Shown here: piece by piece, positions 49,851 through 60,673 of the stretch
How positions within the stretch are numbered: the first letter of the stretch is position 1
Layout: each line of letters opens with the position of its first letter
Sequence record: DRR723986_2372
Reading direction: 5' to 3' (one strand)
Length of the DNA: 64,000 nucleotides
Program-made: the position numbers and the translations under genes
The notes under the pieces: generated by a model
Told to the model about the DNA's origin: nothing
Database searches by the model: none
The model's input: only the letters and a program-made list of their open reading frames with translations

Positions 49851-50924
49851 CTATGGAGCAGAAAGGTGCGGTGGTTCTGAAGAGAGGAGCATCAGTGTCT
49901 CGCGAATACGGTCCTTGGATTCCTCAGCCAAGATCAGATAGCGGTGGTTGCCATCATCCGTCTTTTCGAAAGTGGTCAAGCCATCGTCCTTCACCGTGAC
50001 TTTACCGAGCTCAGTTGCATCGAAGTACTCATGACTTGGGCGGACGCCAACCAAGACGCTGGTCAAATCCCAGGTCGGTCGGTCATGAGGCGGCGGATTG
50101 TAAAGAATGTAGGCTTCAGGCAGAGGATGCGCTTCTGCATATCGAAAGTCCTCTTCGATACTACGATGAGGGTACGTCAGCGACAGTCCAATCTCAAAGC
50201 CGCTCCACCATACTTCTGTTGGCCAGTCGTTGGCCAATTTCTGTGCCGCTGGAATATCTTTGACGATGTTGTACTCGCGATGATCGTAGGGTGAGCCTTC
50301 TTTGCCAGGGATTCGCTTGAACGCACCGGCCATGATCGAGAGAAGCTTTACTTTCTTCTTGACCAGCTCCACGCCAGTTAGCGAGCTGAACTTGTCGGCG
50401 GGTGAACTGAGTAGGTTGGCTAGGTTTGTCGAAAATCCAACTTGAACAATCACAACCGTGTTGTCCTCCGCAGCAGCTAAGTGCTCCCTAATGACGTCAA
50501 CTGCCGGCGGGGCATCTTCACCGCTGCGCAAATCGTGGGGAAACCGATCGTTACCAGCAGCATCCTTTGCAGTAGCCAAGATATTGAATTTCCCTGCGTG
50601 AGGTGTGACGCCAGAATCGCATACTCCAATCGGAATTTCACCGCGACCGTAGAACGTATTTACGCAGTCGACAAACGGTGCTGCAAGTTTATGGTCCTTC
50701 GTTATCGTTACCGCGAGCAACTCGCATTCGCCGCGTGACTGGAGGGCGTGCAACATGCCCAGCGCGAGAACGTCGTCACAGTCGTTGCCAATGTCGGTGT
50801 CAAAGATGATGGGCGTCGGCTCGGGCGATCGAGATTCTTGCGCCAAAATCTGTTCGTGAACGTGGCATGTAACGAGCAGCGCGATGCACGCGACGACACA
50901 CAGGTTTCGCAAAGAGCTATTCAT
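49851..50924 (-). CDS. Secreted nucleoside hydrolase family protein
   Basis: IIFDTDIGNDCDD Asp cluster, EYNI, RPTWD; signal peptide. Confidence 0.88.
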   Translation of the reverse strand: MNSSLRNLCVVACIALLVTCHVHEQILAQESRSPEPTPIIFDTDIGNDCDDVLALGMLHALQSRGECELLAVTITKDHKLAAPFVDCVNTFYGRGEIPIGVCDSGVTPHAGKFNILATAKDAAGNDRFPHDLRSGEDAPPAVDVIREHLAAAEDNTVVIVQVGFSTNLANLLSSPADKFSSLTGVELVKKKVKLLSIMAGAFKRIPGKEGSPYDHREYNIVKDIPAAQKLANDWPTEVWWSGFEIGLSLTYPHRSIEEDFRYAEAHPLPEAYILYNPPPHDRPTWDLTSVLVGVRPSHEYFDATELGKVTVKDDGLTTFEKTDDGNHRYLILAEESKDRIRETLMLLSSEPPHLSAP

Positions 50925-51185
50925 GTTGAGAGGCTTTGATTGTTGAGTAGATGCAGTGATGAGTTGACGCAGTGAACTGTAGGCAGCAACGGTCTTCAGG
51001 CTGGTTAAAGGGGCTGAGTAAACCCCTGTGGCCATTGTACAGAAACGATGCGGCCGATAATTGTGTCGATTGTCGGCGCTTGCCTGTGGGCATCGCCCGT
51101 GAGGGCTTGAGCTGAATAGGCTGAGTGATGGGGCGAGCGGCCAGCAAACGGGGCACACTTAGGCCTTAAGTCCTGAACCTGGTTC

Positions 51186-51200
51186 TGGCATTGTGCTTGC
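51186..51200 (+). promoter_or_regulatory. Putative sigma54 promoter
   Basis: TGGCAT-TGTGC-TTGC with exact -24/-12 spacing, about 105 bp upstream of the MFS gene. Confidence 0.6.
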
Positions 51201-51304
51201 GTTGGAATTATAAGTGGAAGCTCTGGGCAAAGCCGCGTACGCACCATGCGAATTTGCTGTGGGAATTTTGGTGCGAATCTCGAATTCCACTTCGCGCCTC
51301 GCCC

Positions 51305-52597
51305 ATGCTCTTTCGCTTTAGCCTATACGGATTTCTGAAGAACCAGAGATACTTCGAGCCCTTCTTCATGCTTGCCCTGTTATCGCACGGGGTGAGCTTC
51401 TTCACGATTGGGTGGCTGTATGCATTTCGGATGCTGACCATCAATCTACTGGAGATTCCTTCTGGGATCATCGCTGACGGACACGGTCGACGAGTCACGA
51501 TGATCGTTTCTCTGGTCGCTTATGTGCTGAGCTTCGCACTATTTGGACTAGCAACCAACGTTCCATTGCTATTTCTGGCAATGTTCCTGTTTGGTGTCGG
51601 GGACGCCCTGAGAACTGGCACTCACAAGGCCATGATATTTGAGTGGCTGAAGCTGTGCGGCGAAGAGGAAGACGCGGCCCGAGTGTATGGGCTAACGCGC
51701 AGTTGGAGCAAAGTCGGCTCAGCGGTCAGCGCGGTCATTGCGGCAATTCTCGTCATTGTCACCGACGACTACCAAAGCGTATTTTTCTTTGCCGCAATTC
51801 CCTATGCTTGCAACGTGGTCAACCTAATCGGCTATCCGGCTGAGCTGGATGGGCTCGTTTACCGCGAGCCCGTCTGGGACACCATTCGTAGCCTTGTCAG
51901 AAGATTCAAATCCAGCATCAGGGAGGCTTGGCACCGAGCCAGCCTGCGGCAGGTATTTATCGAGTCGATGGCTTGGGACGGTGTCTACGCCGCGACCAAG
52001 GACTTTATCCAGCCCGCGATGTTGGTGCTAGTGACGGCCGGTTTACTAGGCGTCTATGTTGACTCCGCCGACAAAGCCGCGAGCGGACAGGTTAATACGG
52101 CGGCGGTAATTGCGATTGCGGCAGTCTATGTTGTGCTATTTCTAGGGAGCAGCTTCGCAAGTCGCTTTGCGCACGTCTTACCAAAGCGACTTGGGAATGA
52201 GCGTTCTGCCGCTAGTGTGCTGTGGATCACCAGCGCGGCCCTGTTCGCTGGAATGCTCGTTTTCGATCTGACAGGCCTAAATGCACTAGTTGTGATTGCA
52301 TTTCTTTGCCTCGCTCTTGCACAAAACCTGTGGCGACCACTATTGATCGCGCGAATCGACTCCGAAACAGAAGCATCCCGTAAAGCAACAGTCTTATCTC
52401 TGGAGAGCCAATCGCAGCGTCTTGCCACGCTGATTCTTAGCCCAATTGTCGGCGGCTTAGTCGACATGGCGACGCGCGGTAGCCTGCCTGGAAAGTTTTG
52501 GCCGGTGGCAATCGCCGGCCTACTTTCATCGGTTTTGATCCTGCTTTGCTACTACCGCGGCCCAAAGGCTGCACCGTCGGTCGCATCCAACGACTGA
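51305..52597 (+). CDS. MFS transporter
   Basis: LEIPSGIIADGHGRR loop motif, RTGTHKAMI, ATVLS; about 12 TM segments. Confidence 0.9.
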   Translation: MLFRFSLYGFLKNQRYFEPFFMLALLSHGVSFFTIGWLYAFRMLTINLLEIPSGIIADGHGRRVTMIVSLVAYVLSFALFGLATNVPLLFLAMFLFGVGDALRTGTHKAMIFEWLKLCGEEEDAARVYGLTRSWSKVGSAVSAVIAAILVIVTDDYQSVFFFAAIPYACNVVNLIGYPAELDGLVYREPVWDTIRSLVRRFKSSIREAWHRASLRQVFIESMAWDGVYAATKDFIQPAMLVLVTAGLLGVYVDSADKAASGQVNTAAVIAIAAVYVVLFLGSSFASRFAHVLPKRLGNERSAASVLWITSAALFAGMLVFDLTGLNALVVIAFLCLALAQNLWRPLLIARIDSETEASRKATVLSLESQSQRLATLILSPIVGGLVDMATRGSLPGKFWPVAIAGLLSSVLILLCYYRGPKAAPSVASND

Positions 52598-52955
52598 TCG
52601 ACATCCGAGCACCCACCGGCTCAGTGGGCGAAACAAGCCCAATCCACCAGACTTCACCGCTCTTTTGGGTGGTTTCACGTTCAACTTCGATGTCGAGCAG
52701 TGATTCGCTGGGCGGTCGCGCAATTCGAGCCCGCCGTCAAAGACTGCCTGTTTTGCCTACACCCCCAGCAGGCTAGGCGGCAATGGTGATTTGGGTAAGG
52801 GAATACGCATTTTCGACAAGGTTTACCTAGTGTGACTCAATTCTTTTTCCCAGACCATCCGATACTACCCGCACAACCAGATTTTTGTGCGTGCGCTCCG
52901 ACGAGCTTCGTGAGCGCCTTGGGGGCGAATCCGTTTGCTACGGTGGAAGGTAGTT

Positions 52956-54101
52956 ATGTCGTTTCTCAATTTAGCTTCGCGTGTCATGGCCGCAGTTACG
53001 CTTGTCGTAACTGCCCCGGCTGCAATCGGTGAAACATTTCACCCGTTCGCTGATCCAATGGAGTTCGATCCGGATTGGCAATTCTTTGCACCGGTCGATG
53101 TCGATTCTCTTATGGAGACCTCGCCTCGGAAGCGGGCGAATACAGGGTGGTTCGCAACCTATGATCGAACCTATCTTTGGACATCACGTCCGGAAGTCGA
53201 ACAATCGGCTGCCGACGGAGACTTCGGGTGGGGCAATCGCTTCGACCTGGGATTGATGACTGAAGACGAAAACGGATGGCTCTTGAGCTTCCGAAACATG
53301 GGTGGGCCCAACACCTACGATCGGGTCTATCAAGAACGGATCAACCGAGTGAATACAGCCGATGTCGGTGATCCTGTTGCTCCTATCGCCCCTTTCCCAG
53401 ATGCGAATGATGAGCAGCTTGGCACGCGGGCATACATCCTTGGCGATAGCTTGAACGTCGTGAACTTTTCAAGCTTCGAGATCAATAAGACGTGGCGTCG
53501 CGAGCCTTATCGTTACGGCGGTATCATCGAGCCGATGGTAGGTTTCCGATACTCTACTTTCAACGACTTTGCGTTGAATCAGCTCTACAATCGCTCGCTC
53601 AATCAAATTACAACACCGGGCGGCGTAACTGCATCAACGCAGCTAGAAACACTGATTTCGCATGAGACGCGTATCAGAAACCAGATGGTCGGTGGACAAT
53701 TGGGGGCTCGTTACTTTACGAACTACCAACGATGGACGCTTTCGGGGGAATTCCGAGCTTTCGCAACCGCGAACTTCCAAAACCGAACCTACAACCAACG
53801 AACCTTCACGACCGAGTACGCCGCAGCCCCAGCGATCAACGCCGCGGTCTCTGCAACCGACTTCTCAACGGGGTCTTTTGTAGTGCACGAGAGCAATAAC
53901 GAATTCGTGTTCGGGTTCGAGGCACGTGCTGAAGCTGCTTACCAGGTAACCCGAGCCTTTAATATCAGGGCGGGCGTCGACGTTCTAAACTTCGCTCAGG
54001 GAATTTGGCGGGGTGGCAATCCTGGCTTCGGGCAAGTGGGGAACCACGATCAGGATGTCCAGATGGCAGGTTTCACGTTTGGTATGACGCTGAACCGCTA
54101 A
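52956..54101 (+). CDS. Planctomycete outer-membrane beta-barrel protein (BBP7-like)
   Basis: Signal peptide; alternating amphipathic strands (GFRY, NQMVGGQLGAR, FEARAEAAYQVT, AGFTFGMTLNR). Confidence 0.75.
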   Translation: MSFLNLASRVMAAVTLVVTAPAAIGETFHPFADPMEFDPDWQFFAPVDVDSLMETSPRKRANTGWFATYDRTYLWTSRPEVEQSAADGDFGWGNRFDLGLMTEDENGWLLSFRNMGGPNTYDRVYQERINRVNTADVGDPVAPIAPFPDANDEQLGTRAYILGDSLNVVNFSSFEINKTWRREPYRYGGIIEPMVGFRYSTFNDFALNQLYNRSLNQITTPGGVTASTQLETLISHETRIRNQMVGGQLGARYFTNYQRWTLSGEFRAFATANFQNRTYNQRTFTTEYAAAPAINAAVSATDFSTGSFVVHESNNEFVFGFEARAEAAYQVTRAFNIRAGVDVLNFAQGIWRGGNPGFGQVGNHDQDVQMAGFTFGMTLNR

Positions 54102-54226
54102 GGTGCCTGCACCGCACTGCAACTCAGGACACTGTTGGAGCAGGATACTACACACGACGGCGTGATGCTGCTTTGATCGACAGAGTCCACTTGACTGGTT
54201 GAAAAAGCTCCTTCCACAGCTAAAAC

Positions 54227-54266
54227 AAAAGCCCTAGGCGAACAGCAGTTCGTACTAGGGCTTTTT
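54227..54266. terminator. Bidirectional rho-independent terminator
   Basis: AAAAGCCCTAG..CTAGGGCTTTTT between convergent genes. Confidence 0.85.
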
Positions 54267-54314
54267 CAATTAACGACGTGTTGCAGTTGATCGCAGTTAG
54301 TAACCGGGCAATTG

Positions 54315-55208
54315 CTACTCGCTTCGCAACTGGGCGGCCAGCTTGGCGAACTCTTTTGCCTCATCCTTGTGGACGGTGGGATATTCCAGCTTCATTGATT
54401 CGAGGCGGGATGCGATGATGTCTGCGATGGCTGCGCGGGCGTACCATTTGTTGTCCGCAGGAATGATGAACCAAGGTGCTTCCTTCGTACTGGTTTCTTC
54501 GAAGACCTTCTCAAAGGCCCGTTGATATTCTGGCCATAGTTTACGCTCGGACAAATCTCGCGCATTGAATTTCCAATGCTTCTCAGGTGTTTCCAATCGC
54601 TCCAGGAATCGTTCACGCTGCTCGTCACGTGAGACGTTCAAGAAAAACTTGAGCACCATCGTGCCGTTGTCGACCAGTGTTTTTTCAAAGCCGCGAATCT
54701 CTGCATAGCGCCTCGACCAGAGCTTTGCAAGAGATTGCTTCGAAGAGACGTCTACACCGGGTAGGTTCTGCGGCTCAAGGAAACTCGGGTGCACTCTGAC
54801 GACTAGAAGTTCTTCATAGTACGACCGGTTGAAGATGCTAATCATGCCTCGTTCAGGCAAGCAAGGTGCGGGCCGCCAGAGGAAGTGATGTTGCAACTCG
54901 GTGTCATTGGGGGCCTTGAACGAGTAAACGCGGCAGCCTTGAGGGTTGATGCCTCCCATCACGTGCCGAATTGTTCCATCTTTTCCGGCTGCATCCATTC
55001 CTTGAAAGATCAGCAGAAGGCTACGTTTGCCACTCGCGTAGAGAACCCGCTGAGCTTCCTTGAGGGCAGACACATCGGAGGCAAGAGCGTCGATGCCAGC
55101 CGACTTGTCGTCGAGTTCCTTGCCAGCTTTGGTCGACAACTTGCTTAGCTTGACCTTTGAATCAGGGACGACACGAAAATTGCGTTCGTTGAAACGGTGT
55201 TTGGCCAT
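54315..55208 (-). CDS. ppk2: Polyphosphate kinase 2 family protein (class III-like)
   Basis: FQGMDAAGKDGTIRHV, SFKAP, HHFLWR, FNRSYYE..VVRVHP, PADNKWY. Confidence 0.93.
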   Translation of the reverse strand: MAKHRFNERNFRVVPDSKVKLSKLSTKAGKELDDKSAGIDALASDVSALKEAQRVLYASGKRSLLLIFQGMDAAGKDGTIRHVMGGINPQGCRVYSFKAPNDTELQHHFLWRPAPCLPERGMISIFNRSYYEELLVVRVHPSFLEPQNLPGVDVSSKQSLAKLWSRRYAEIRGFEKTLVDNGTMVLKFFLNVSRDEQRERFLERLETPEKHWKFNARDLSERKLWPEYQRAFEKVFEETSTKEAPWFIIPADNKWYARAAIADIIASRLESMKLEYPTVHKDEAKEFAKLAAQLRSE

Positions 55209-55720
55209 CTAGGATATTGCCTTGCAGAAGTTCACGACGTTTAGGGGGATGACGCTGCAGGAGATAATGCCTCCGGAGTTCAATAGAATCGTTGCAGTAT
55301 TCATGGATTCCTGCAACCGAATGTGGTTTCCTGAATCAAAAGTGCCCACGCAACGGCTTTGGGAACAGGTGGATAGGCCTTGGTGCTGCACGAATCACGC
55401 CAAGTTGCTGGGTATTGCTAGTTTTCTCCTAAGGGCGATAATTTAAGCCGAAGGTGGTAGTTTGGCATCGAAAGCGGCCTGGACAGAGCCGCTCGGTCCG
55501 TTCTGGCTGACGATCACACGATCACCTTCGCGATAAGGTTGCACGTGTGTAGCTTTTTCGCACCTTTGGTTTGCCCAGCCGGTTTCCTGGTCTGGAATGT
55601 TTGAGGTACTCCAAAGAGACTTATTCCTACAAGAGCCTGATGATGAGCCGCTTCCTAACGTGGGTCACACGAGCTCCCTTCATAGAAAATACGGCAGCTT
55701 GCCGAAGGAGATTTGTTTCA

Positions 55721-56737
55721 ATGGCACTGGTTCCCCTACGAGTCGTACTGGATCACGCGGCAGAAAACGACTACGGCGTTGCTGCTTTTAACGTAAACAA
55801 TATGGAGCAGATTCAGGCGATTATGGAAGCTGCCGAGGAAACGGATTCCCCGGTAATCGTCCAAGCGTCGCGTGGTGCCCGTGCTTATTCGCAAGACATC
55901 TTCCTTCGCAACCTGATGCAAGCCGCTGCGGAGTTGTACCCGCACATTCCAATCGTCATGCACCAGGACCATGGCAATAGCGTTGAAACCTGTCTGAGCG
56001 CGATCGAACACAATTTTACGTCCGTGATGATGGACGGTTCCTTGGAAGAGGACGGCAAGACACCGGCTGACTTTGATTACAACGTCAAAGTCACCGCCGA
56101 AGTCGTCAAGCTTGCTCATGCCAAGGGTGTCTCGGTTGAAGGCGAACTGGGTTGCCTTGGTTCACTTGAGTCCGGCGAAGGCGACCAAGAAGACGGCCAC
56201 GGGGCTGTCGGCAAACTTAGCCACGACCAACTGCTGACCGATCCTGAAGAGGCGGCGCAGTTTGTTGAAAAGACCGGCGTCGACGCTCTTGCCGTTGCCA
56301 TCGGTACTAGCCACGGTGCTTACAAGTTCACCCGCAAGCCCGACGGTGATGTTCTAGCGATGAGCCGAATTGAGGAAATTCACGCTCGCTTGCCCAACAC
56401 ACACCTGGTGATGCACGGCAGCTCTTCCGTCCCACAAGAACTGCAGGACATCATCAACAAGTATGGTGGCCAAATGAAGCAGACTTATGGTGTTCCTGTC
56501 GAAGAGATTCAGCGGGGAATCAAGAGCGGTGTTCGCAAGATTAACGTCGATACTGATTGCCGAATGGCTATCACTGGTGCCATTCGCAAGGTAATGGTCG
56601 AAACCCCAGAGAAGTTCGACCCACGCGACTTCCTCAAACCTGCTCGTGCAGCAATGAAGGACGTTTGCGTTGCTCGCATGACCGCGTTCGGCCAAGCAGG
56701 AAACGCCAGCAAGCTACGCCAAGCGGCCGCTGTTTAG
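55721..56737 (+). CDS. fba: Fructose-bisphosphate aldolase class II
   Basis: [59 protein letters not shown]. Confidence 0.96.
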   Translation: MALVPLRVVLDHAAENDYGVAAFNVNNMEQIQAIMEAAEETDSPVIVQASRGARAYSQDIFLRNLMQAAAELYPHIPIVMHQDHGNSVETCLSAIEHNFTSVMMDGSLEEDGKTPADFDYNVKVTAEVVKLAHAKGVSVEGELGCLGSLESGEGDQEDGHGAVGKLSHDQLLTDPEEAAQFVEKTGVDALAVAIGTSHGAYKFTRKPDGDVLAMSRIEEIHARLPNTHLVMHGSSSVPQELQDIINKYGGQMKQTYGVPVEEIQRGIKSGVRKINVDTDCRMAITGAIRKVMVETPEKFDPRDFLKPARAAMKDVCVARMTAFGQAGNASKLRQAAAV

Positions 56738-56766
56738 GGCTGGTTTCAGTTACAGATTTGATAGCT

Positions 56767-56806
56767 TCCCAGCTTCAGCGAAATCGCCGAAGCTGGGATT
56801 TTTTTT
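56767..56806 (+). terminator. Rho-independent terminator
   Basis: TCCCAGCTTC..GAAGCTGGGA stem followed by T8. Confidence 0.9.
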
Positions 56807-56842
56807 CGCTTGCCAAACCACGTCGTGCCAGAAAGAATTGCC

Positions 56843-58933
56843 ATGACTGCCCGCCCGTTGATGCGTTTAAGTGTTCTGTTCCTGCTGGCAGTCATCGGTC
56901 GGCAATCCGGCCTGTTGGCCGATGGGCCGGAAGACAATCGGGACGATGTGGTCCGGACAATTCCGCCGCCTGGGGAAATTGAACAGACCGAAGTCTCGCG
57001 ACTGCTAGAGCAATGCACGCAGGTACGCTCGCTGTGGCAAAGCACACGAGAGCAGCTATTGGCTAAAACGCCCGATCGAATGCGAGCTGGAATCTTACAG
57101 CGACTGGAGGATCTCGAACCTGAGGTTCTGGTGTTTCCACGGGCCGTTGAGTTGGCTGTTGAATTTCGCCAGTTCTACCGCGACACTGACTCGCAACGGG
57201 CTGATGAGAATCTGGCCATCGCGCGACGACGCATTGATTTGATAAAGCGTGGCGCGGAGTGGGAAGAAGTAGTTGGTATTAGCGACGGCTCCAAGCAACA
57301 ACTGGTTGTCGGAGGTTTTCGGTCCGACATCGACGATTCGGTACAACCGTATGCTCTGGTCGTGCCGAGTGGACTTTTTGCCGGAGACGCTCGCCCACGG
57401 CGGTTGGACATTTGGTTCCATGGCCGCGGAGAACGCGAAAGTGAGATGCACTTTCTCGCCAAGCACGCCGTCGATGATGGGATCTACACGCCTGCAGACG
57501 GTATCGTATTGCATCCCTACGGACGCTACAGCAATGCCTTTCGCTTTGCCGGGGAGCAGGACGTCTTTGAAGCTCTGCGTTATGTGAAGAGCCGGATGCC
57601 CATCGACAGCAGTCGGATTTCTGTCCGTGGATTCTCCATGGGCGGAGCGGCCTGCTGGCAGTTTGCGACGCGGTATCCAGGGCGGTGGTTCGCGGCAAAT
57701 CCTGGAGCTGGTTTTTCAGAGACGGTGCAGTTCTTGGATTTCTTCCAAGGCGAGAAGGTGCTTGAGTCTGCCCCCGATTATCAACAAGCAATGTGGAATT
57801 TGTACGACAGCCCACCAGTGGCCGTTAACCTGACCAACTGCCCAACGATTGCGTACAGCGGTGAAGTGGATCGGCAGAAGCAGGCCGCCGACGTTATGGT
57901 CGAAGCGTGTGGTGAGGTGGGAATAGAGTTGTTGCACATCATCGGCCCTGACACTGCTCACAAAATACACCCCGACTCGCAGATTGAGATCGAAAATCGC
58001 ATGTCGGCTTTGGCTCAACGCCGCCGGCAAACACCACGCCGAATAAAGTTTGCAACCTACGCGCTGCAGCACAACGAAATGAATTGGTTCACAATCGAAG
58101 GTTTGCAACAGCATTGGAACAAAGCAACTGTGGACGCCAAGCTTGTTACAACTGACAAGCGGCTTGCGATCGACGTTTCCTTTCAGAATGTCTCAGCGTT
58201 CTCGCTTAACTTCGCGCCCGGCGAATGGCCTTTTGCCCTTGATGCTGAAGTCGCTTTGCGAGTCGACGCCGTCGGGCAGCCTTTGGTCGAGGCGGCACAA
58301 TTGCGTGCGTTGTCGGATGGTTCGCTACAAGCGGACTTCTACTTTGACGGCCAACAGTGGCGGCGCGGGAAGCGTCCTGGCCTACACAAGAAACCTGGAC
58401 TACAGGGCCCGATAGATGACGCGTTCAATTCAAGCTTTGTCTTCGTCCTGCCAAGCAAGAAATCGTCGCGTGCTGCCTTTCAAGCCTGGGCAGAAAATGA
58501 AGCTGAACATGCGATGCAGCATTGGCGGCAGCACTTTCGCGGCGACGTCCAAGCGATCAAGGACGTGGAATTGGACGACGCGATAATTGCCAAGAAGAAT
58601 CTTGTGTTGTTTGGCGACGCTGAATCAAATTCTGTCATTGCTCGAGTCGTGGAGAAATTGCCGCTCGATCATTCACGGGCCGCCCAACGTTGCGGATTGT
58701 CCAAAGACGATGTAGCTCTGGCGATGATTTATCCCAACCCACTCAATCCGGAGCGGTACGTGGTGTTGAACAGTGGCTTTACCTACCGCGAATACGATTA
58801 TCTCAACAACGCTCGCCAAACTCCAAAATTACCGGACTGGGCAGCAATTGACATTCGCGTTAAACCAACGCCGCGAGGTCCAGGCAAGGTTCATGCCGCC
58901 GGCTTCTTCGATGAGCTCTGGCAATTGCCGTAG
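56843..58933 (+). CDS. Secreted alpha/beta-hydrolase (prolyl-oligopeptidase/esterase-like)
   Basis: WFHGRG, nucleophile elbow GFSMGG, GEVD, AHK; signal peptide. Confidence 0.85.
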   Translation: MTARPLMRLSVLFLLAVIGRQSGLLADGPEDNRDDVVRTIPPPGEIEQTEVSRLLEQCTQVRSLWQSTREQLLAKTPDRMRAGILQRLEDLEPEVLVFPRAVELAVEFRQFYRDTDSQRADENLAIARRRIDLIKRGAEWEEVVGISDGSKQQLVVGGFRSDIDDSVQPYALVVPSGLFAGDARPRRLDIWFHGRGERESEMHFLAKHAVDDGIYTPADGIVLHPYGRYSNAFRFAGEQDVFEALRYVKSRMPIDSSRISVRGFSMGGAACWQFATRYPGRWFAANPGAGFSETVQFLDFFQGEKVLESAPDYQQAMWNLYDSPPVAVNLTNCPTIAYSGEVDRQKQAADVMVEACGEVGIELLHIIGPDTAHKIHPDSQIEIENRMSALAQRRRQTPRRIKFATYALQHNEMNWFTIEGLQQHWNKATVDAKLVTTDKRLAIDVSFQNVSAFSLNFAPGEWPFALDAEVALRVDAVGQPLVEAAQLRALSDGSLQADFYFDGQQWRRGKRPGLHKKPGLQGPIDDAFNSSFVFVLPSKKSSRAAFQAWAENEAEHAMQHWRQHFRGDVQAIKDVELDDAIIAKKNLVLFGDAESNSVIARVVEKLPLDHSRAAQRCGLSKDDVALAMIYPNPLNPERYVVLNSGFTYREYDYLNNARQTPKLPDWAAIDIRVKPTPRGPGKVHAAGFFDELWQLP

Positions 58934-59296
58934 CCACACTGATCCGCAACCCTTGAGGAGCGGGTGCATCCGTGTCCTCATCCACAACGAACGGGTATTT
59001 TGATCAGCACTTCACTCGGCAGGATTCACTTGGGGTTCTACAGCAGCCACGCCACAAGAGCTGGCTAGAGTATTTCAAGCTCTGCGGCGCATTCGAGTCG
59101 CTGGAACTCGCTCGAGTGCCTGGTTTGCTTGCTGCGCCTGGCGTTAGGGTTTCGGCTACAATTAAGGGAATGAAGACTGCGTCCAGCTCAGGAGAAGCCT
59201 AGCTGGATCGCCTATCACTTGCACGGCCGTCGTTGGTTACGTTTGACTGGACGGCTGTGCGAATCGTTTTACGACCATTGGTGAGAAAAGACGGCT

Positions 59297-60673
59297 ATGC
59301 TCGATTTCGTTGGCAAGGGGAAGACGCACAATTGCAACGGCACGACGCGTCGAGACTTCCTGCAAGTCGGAACGCTCGGAGCCCTGGGCCTCGGCCTGCC
59401 TGAATTCCTTGCTGCCAAGGAAAAGGGGCTCGTTGATCCGAAGCAGGACAAGAAGTCGTGCATCCTTATCTTCAATCTTGGAGCCCCCAGTCAGCTCGAC
59501 ACGTTCGACATGAAGCCCGAGGCTCCGTCGGAAATACGTGGTCCGTTCAAACCAATTTCGACCAATGCGGACGGGATTCAGATCTCAGAGATCCTGCCCG
59601 AACACGCAAAGATCGCGGACAAGATCGCCTTTGTGCGCAGTTGTTTTCATCGCGGTGCAGCGGTGCATGATTCGGGCTGGCAGATCATGCAAACCGGACG
59701 CCTCTTTACCGGCGGTGTCGACTCTCCTCACGTTGGTAGCGCCGTCTGGTATTTGAAGGGGCCGCGGAGCGACCTTCCACCGCACGTAGTTCTTCCCGAA
59801 ACAATGGGACGCGGCGGCGGCAATTTGCCTAACGGTCAAGCGGGTGGCTTCCTGGGTAAGGCGTACGACCCCTTCGCACTCATGGCCGACCCTTCCAAGG
59901 CAAATTTCGAAGTGCCCGATCTTTTGCCTCCTGATTCGATCCCACCGGCCCGGCTAGATCGTCGCCGTCGCTTGAGGGCTGCTGTAGAAGAATCGATGAC
60001 GCAATTTGAAGCGAGCGAGAGTGCTCGCATCATGAGTGAACACTTTGATACAGCGTATCGTTTGATGACCAGCCCTGCAGCTCGGGATGCGTTTGATTTG
60101 TCGAAAGAACCGAAGAAGGTGCGTGAGCGCTACGGCATGAATCGCTTTGGGCAGTGCTGCCTGCTCGCTCGACGGCTTGTGGAGGCGGGCGTTCGGTTCG
60201 TGACGGTCAACACTTTCTTGACCGTATTCAATGAGATCACTTGGGACATTCACGGCAGTAAGCCGTTCACATCAATCGAGGGCATGAAGAACATCGTTGC
60301 CCCTATGTACGACCAAGGGTACTCAGCACTGATAACGGATCTGGCCGACCGAGGCATGCTCGACGATACCTTAGTAACCAACCTTGCTGAGTTTGGGCGG
60401 ACGCCAAAGGTTAATCCTGCTGGCGGTCGCGACCACTGGCCACAGTGTTTCACGGTCTATTTTGCCGGAGGTGGTGTGAAGGGCGGACAAGTTGTCGGAG
60501 CCAGCGATCCGATTGGGGCAGTGCCCGACGACCGTCCTACCGAGCCACCGGAAATCGTGGCCACGATTTTCAAGGCACTGGGCTTCAAGATGGATGAACA
60601 CATCCCTGGCCCTGGGGGACGCCCATTCCCAATCGTCGACTCGGGCTACCGCGAAATCCACGAACTTTTCTAG
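59297..60673 (+). CDS. DUF1501 domain protein
   Basis: TRRDFLQVG, GAPSQLDTFDMKP, LLARRLVEAGVRFV, WDIH, EFGRTP, GRDHWP. Confidence 0.95.
   Translation: MLDFVGKGKTHNCNGTTRRDFLQVGTLGALGLGLPEFLAAKEKGLVDPKQDKKSCILIFNLGAPSQLDTFDMKPEAPSEIRGPFKPISTNADGIQISEILPEHAKIADKIAFVRSCFHRGAAVHDSGWQIMQTGRLFTGGVDSPHVGSAVWYLKGPRSDLPPHVVLPETMGRGGGNLPNGQAGGFLGKAYDPFALMADPSKANFEVPDLLPPDSIPPARLDRRRRLRAAVEESMTQFEASESARIMSEHFDTAYRLMTSPAARDAFDLSKEPKKVRERYGMNRFGQCCLLARRLVEAGVRFVTVNTFLTVFNEITWDIHGSKPFTSIEGMKNIVAPMYDQGYSALITDLADRGMLDDTLVTNLAEFGRTPKVNPAGGRDHWPQCFTVYFAGGGVKGGQVVGASDPIGAVPDDRPTEPPEIVATIFKALGFKMDEHIPGPGGRPFPIVDSGYREIHELF

Noticed and set aside
55622..55692. Hammerhead-like words CTGATGA ... GAAA in the fba leader
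   Set aside because: Stems I and II cannot be closed with the required register
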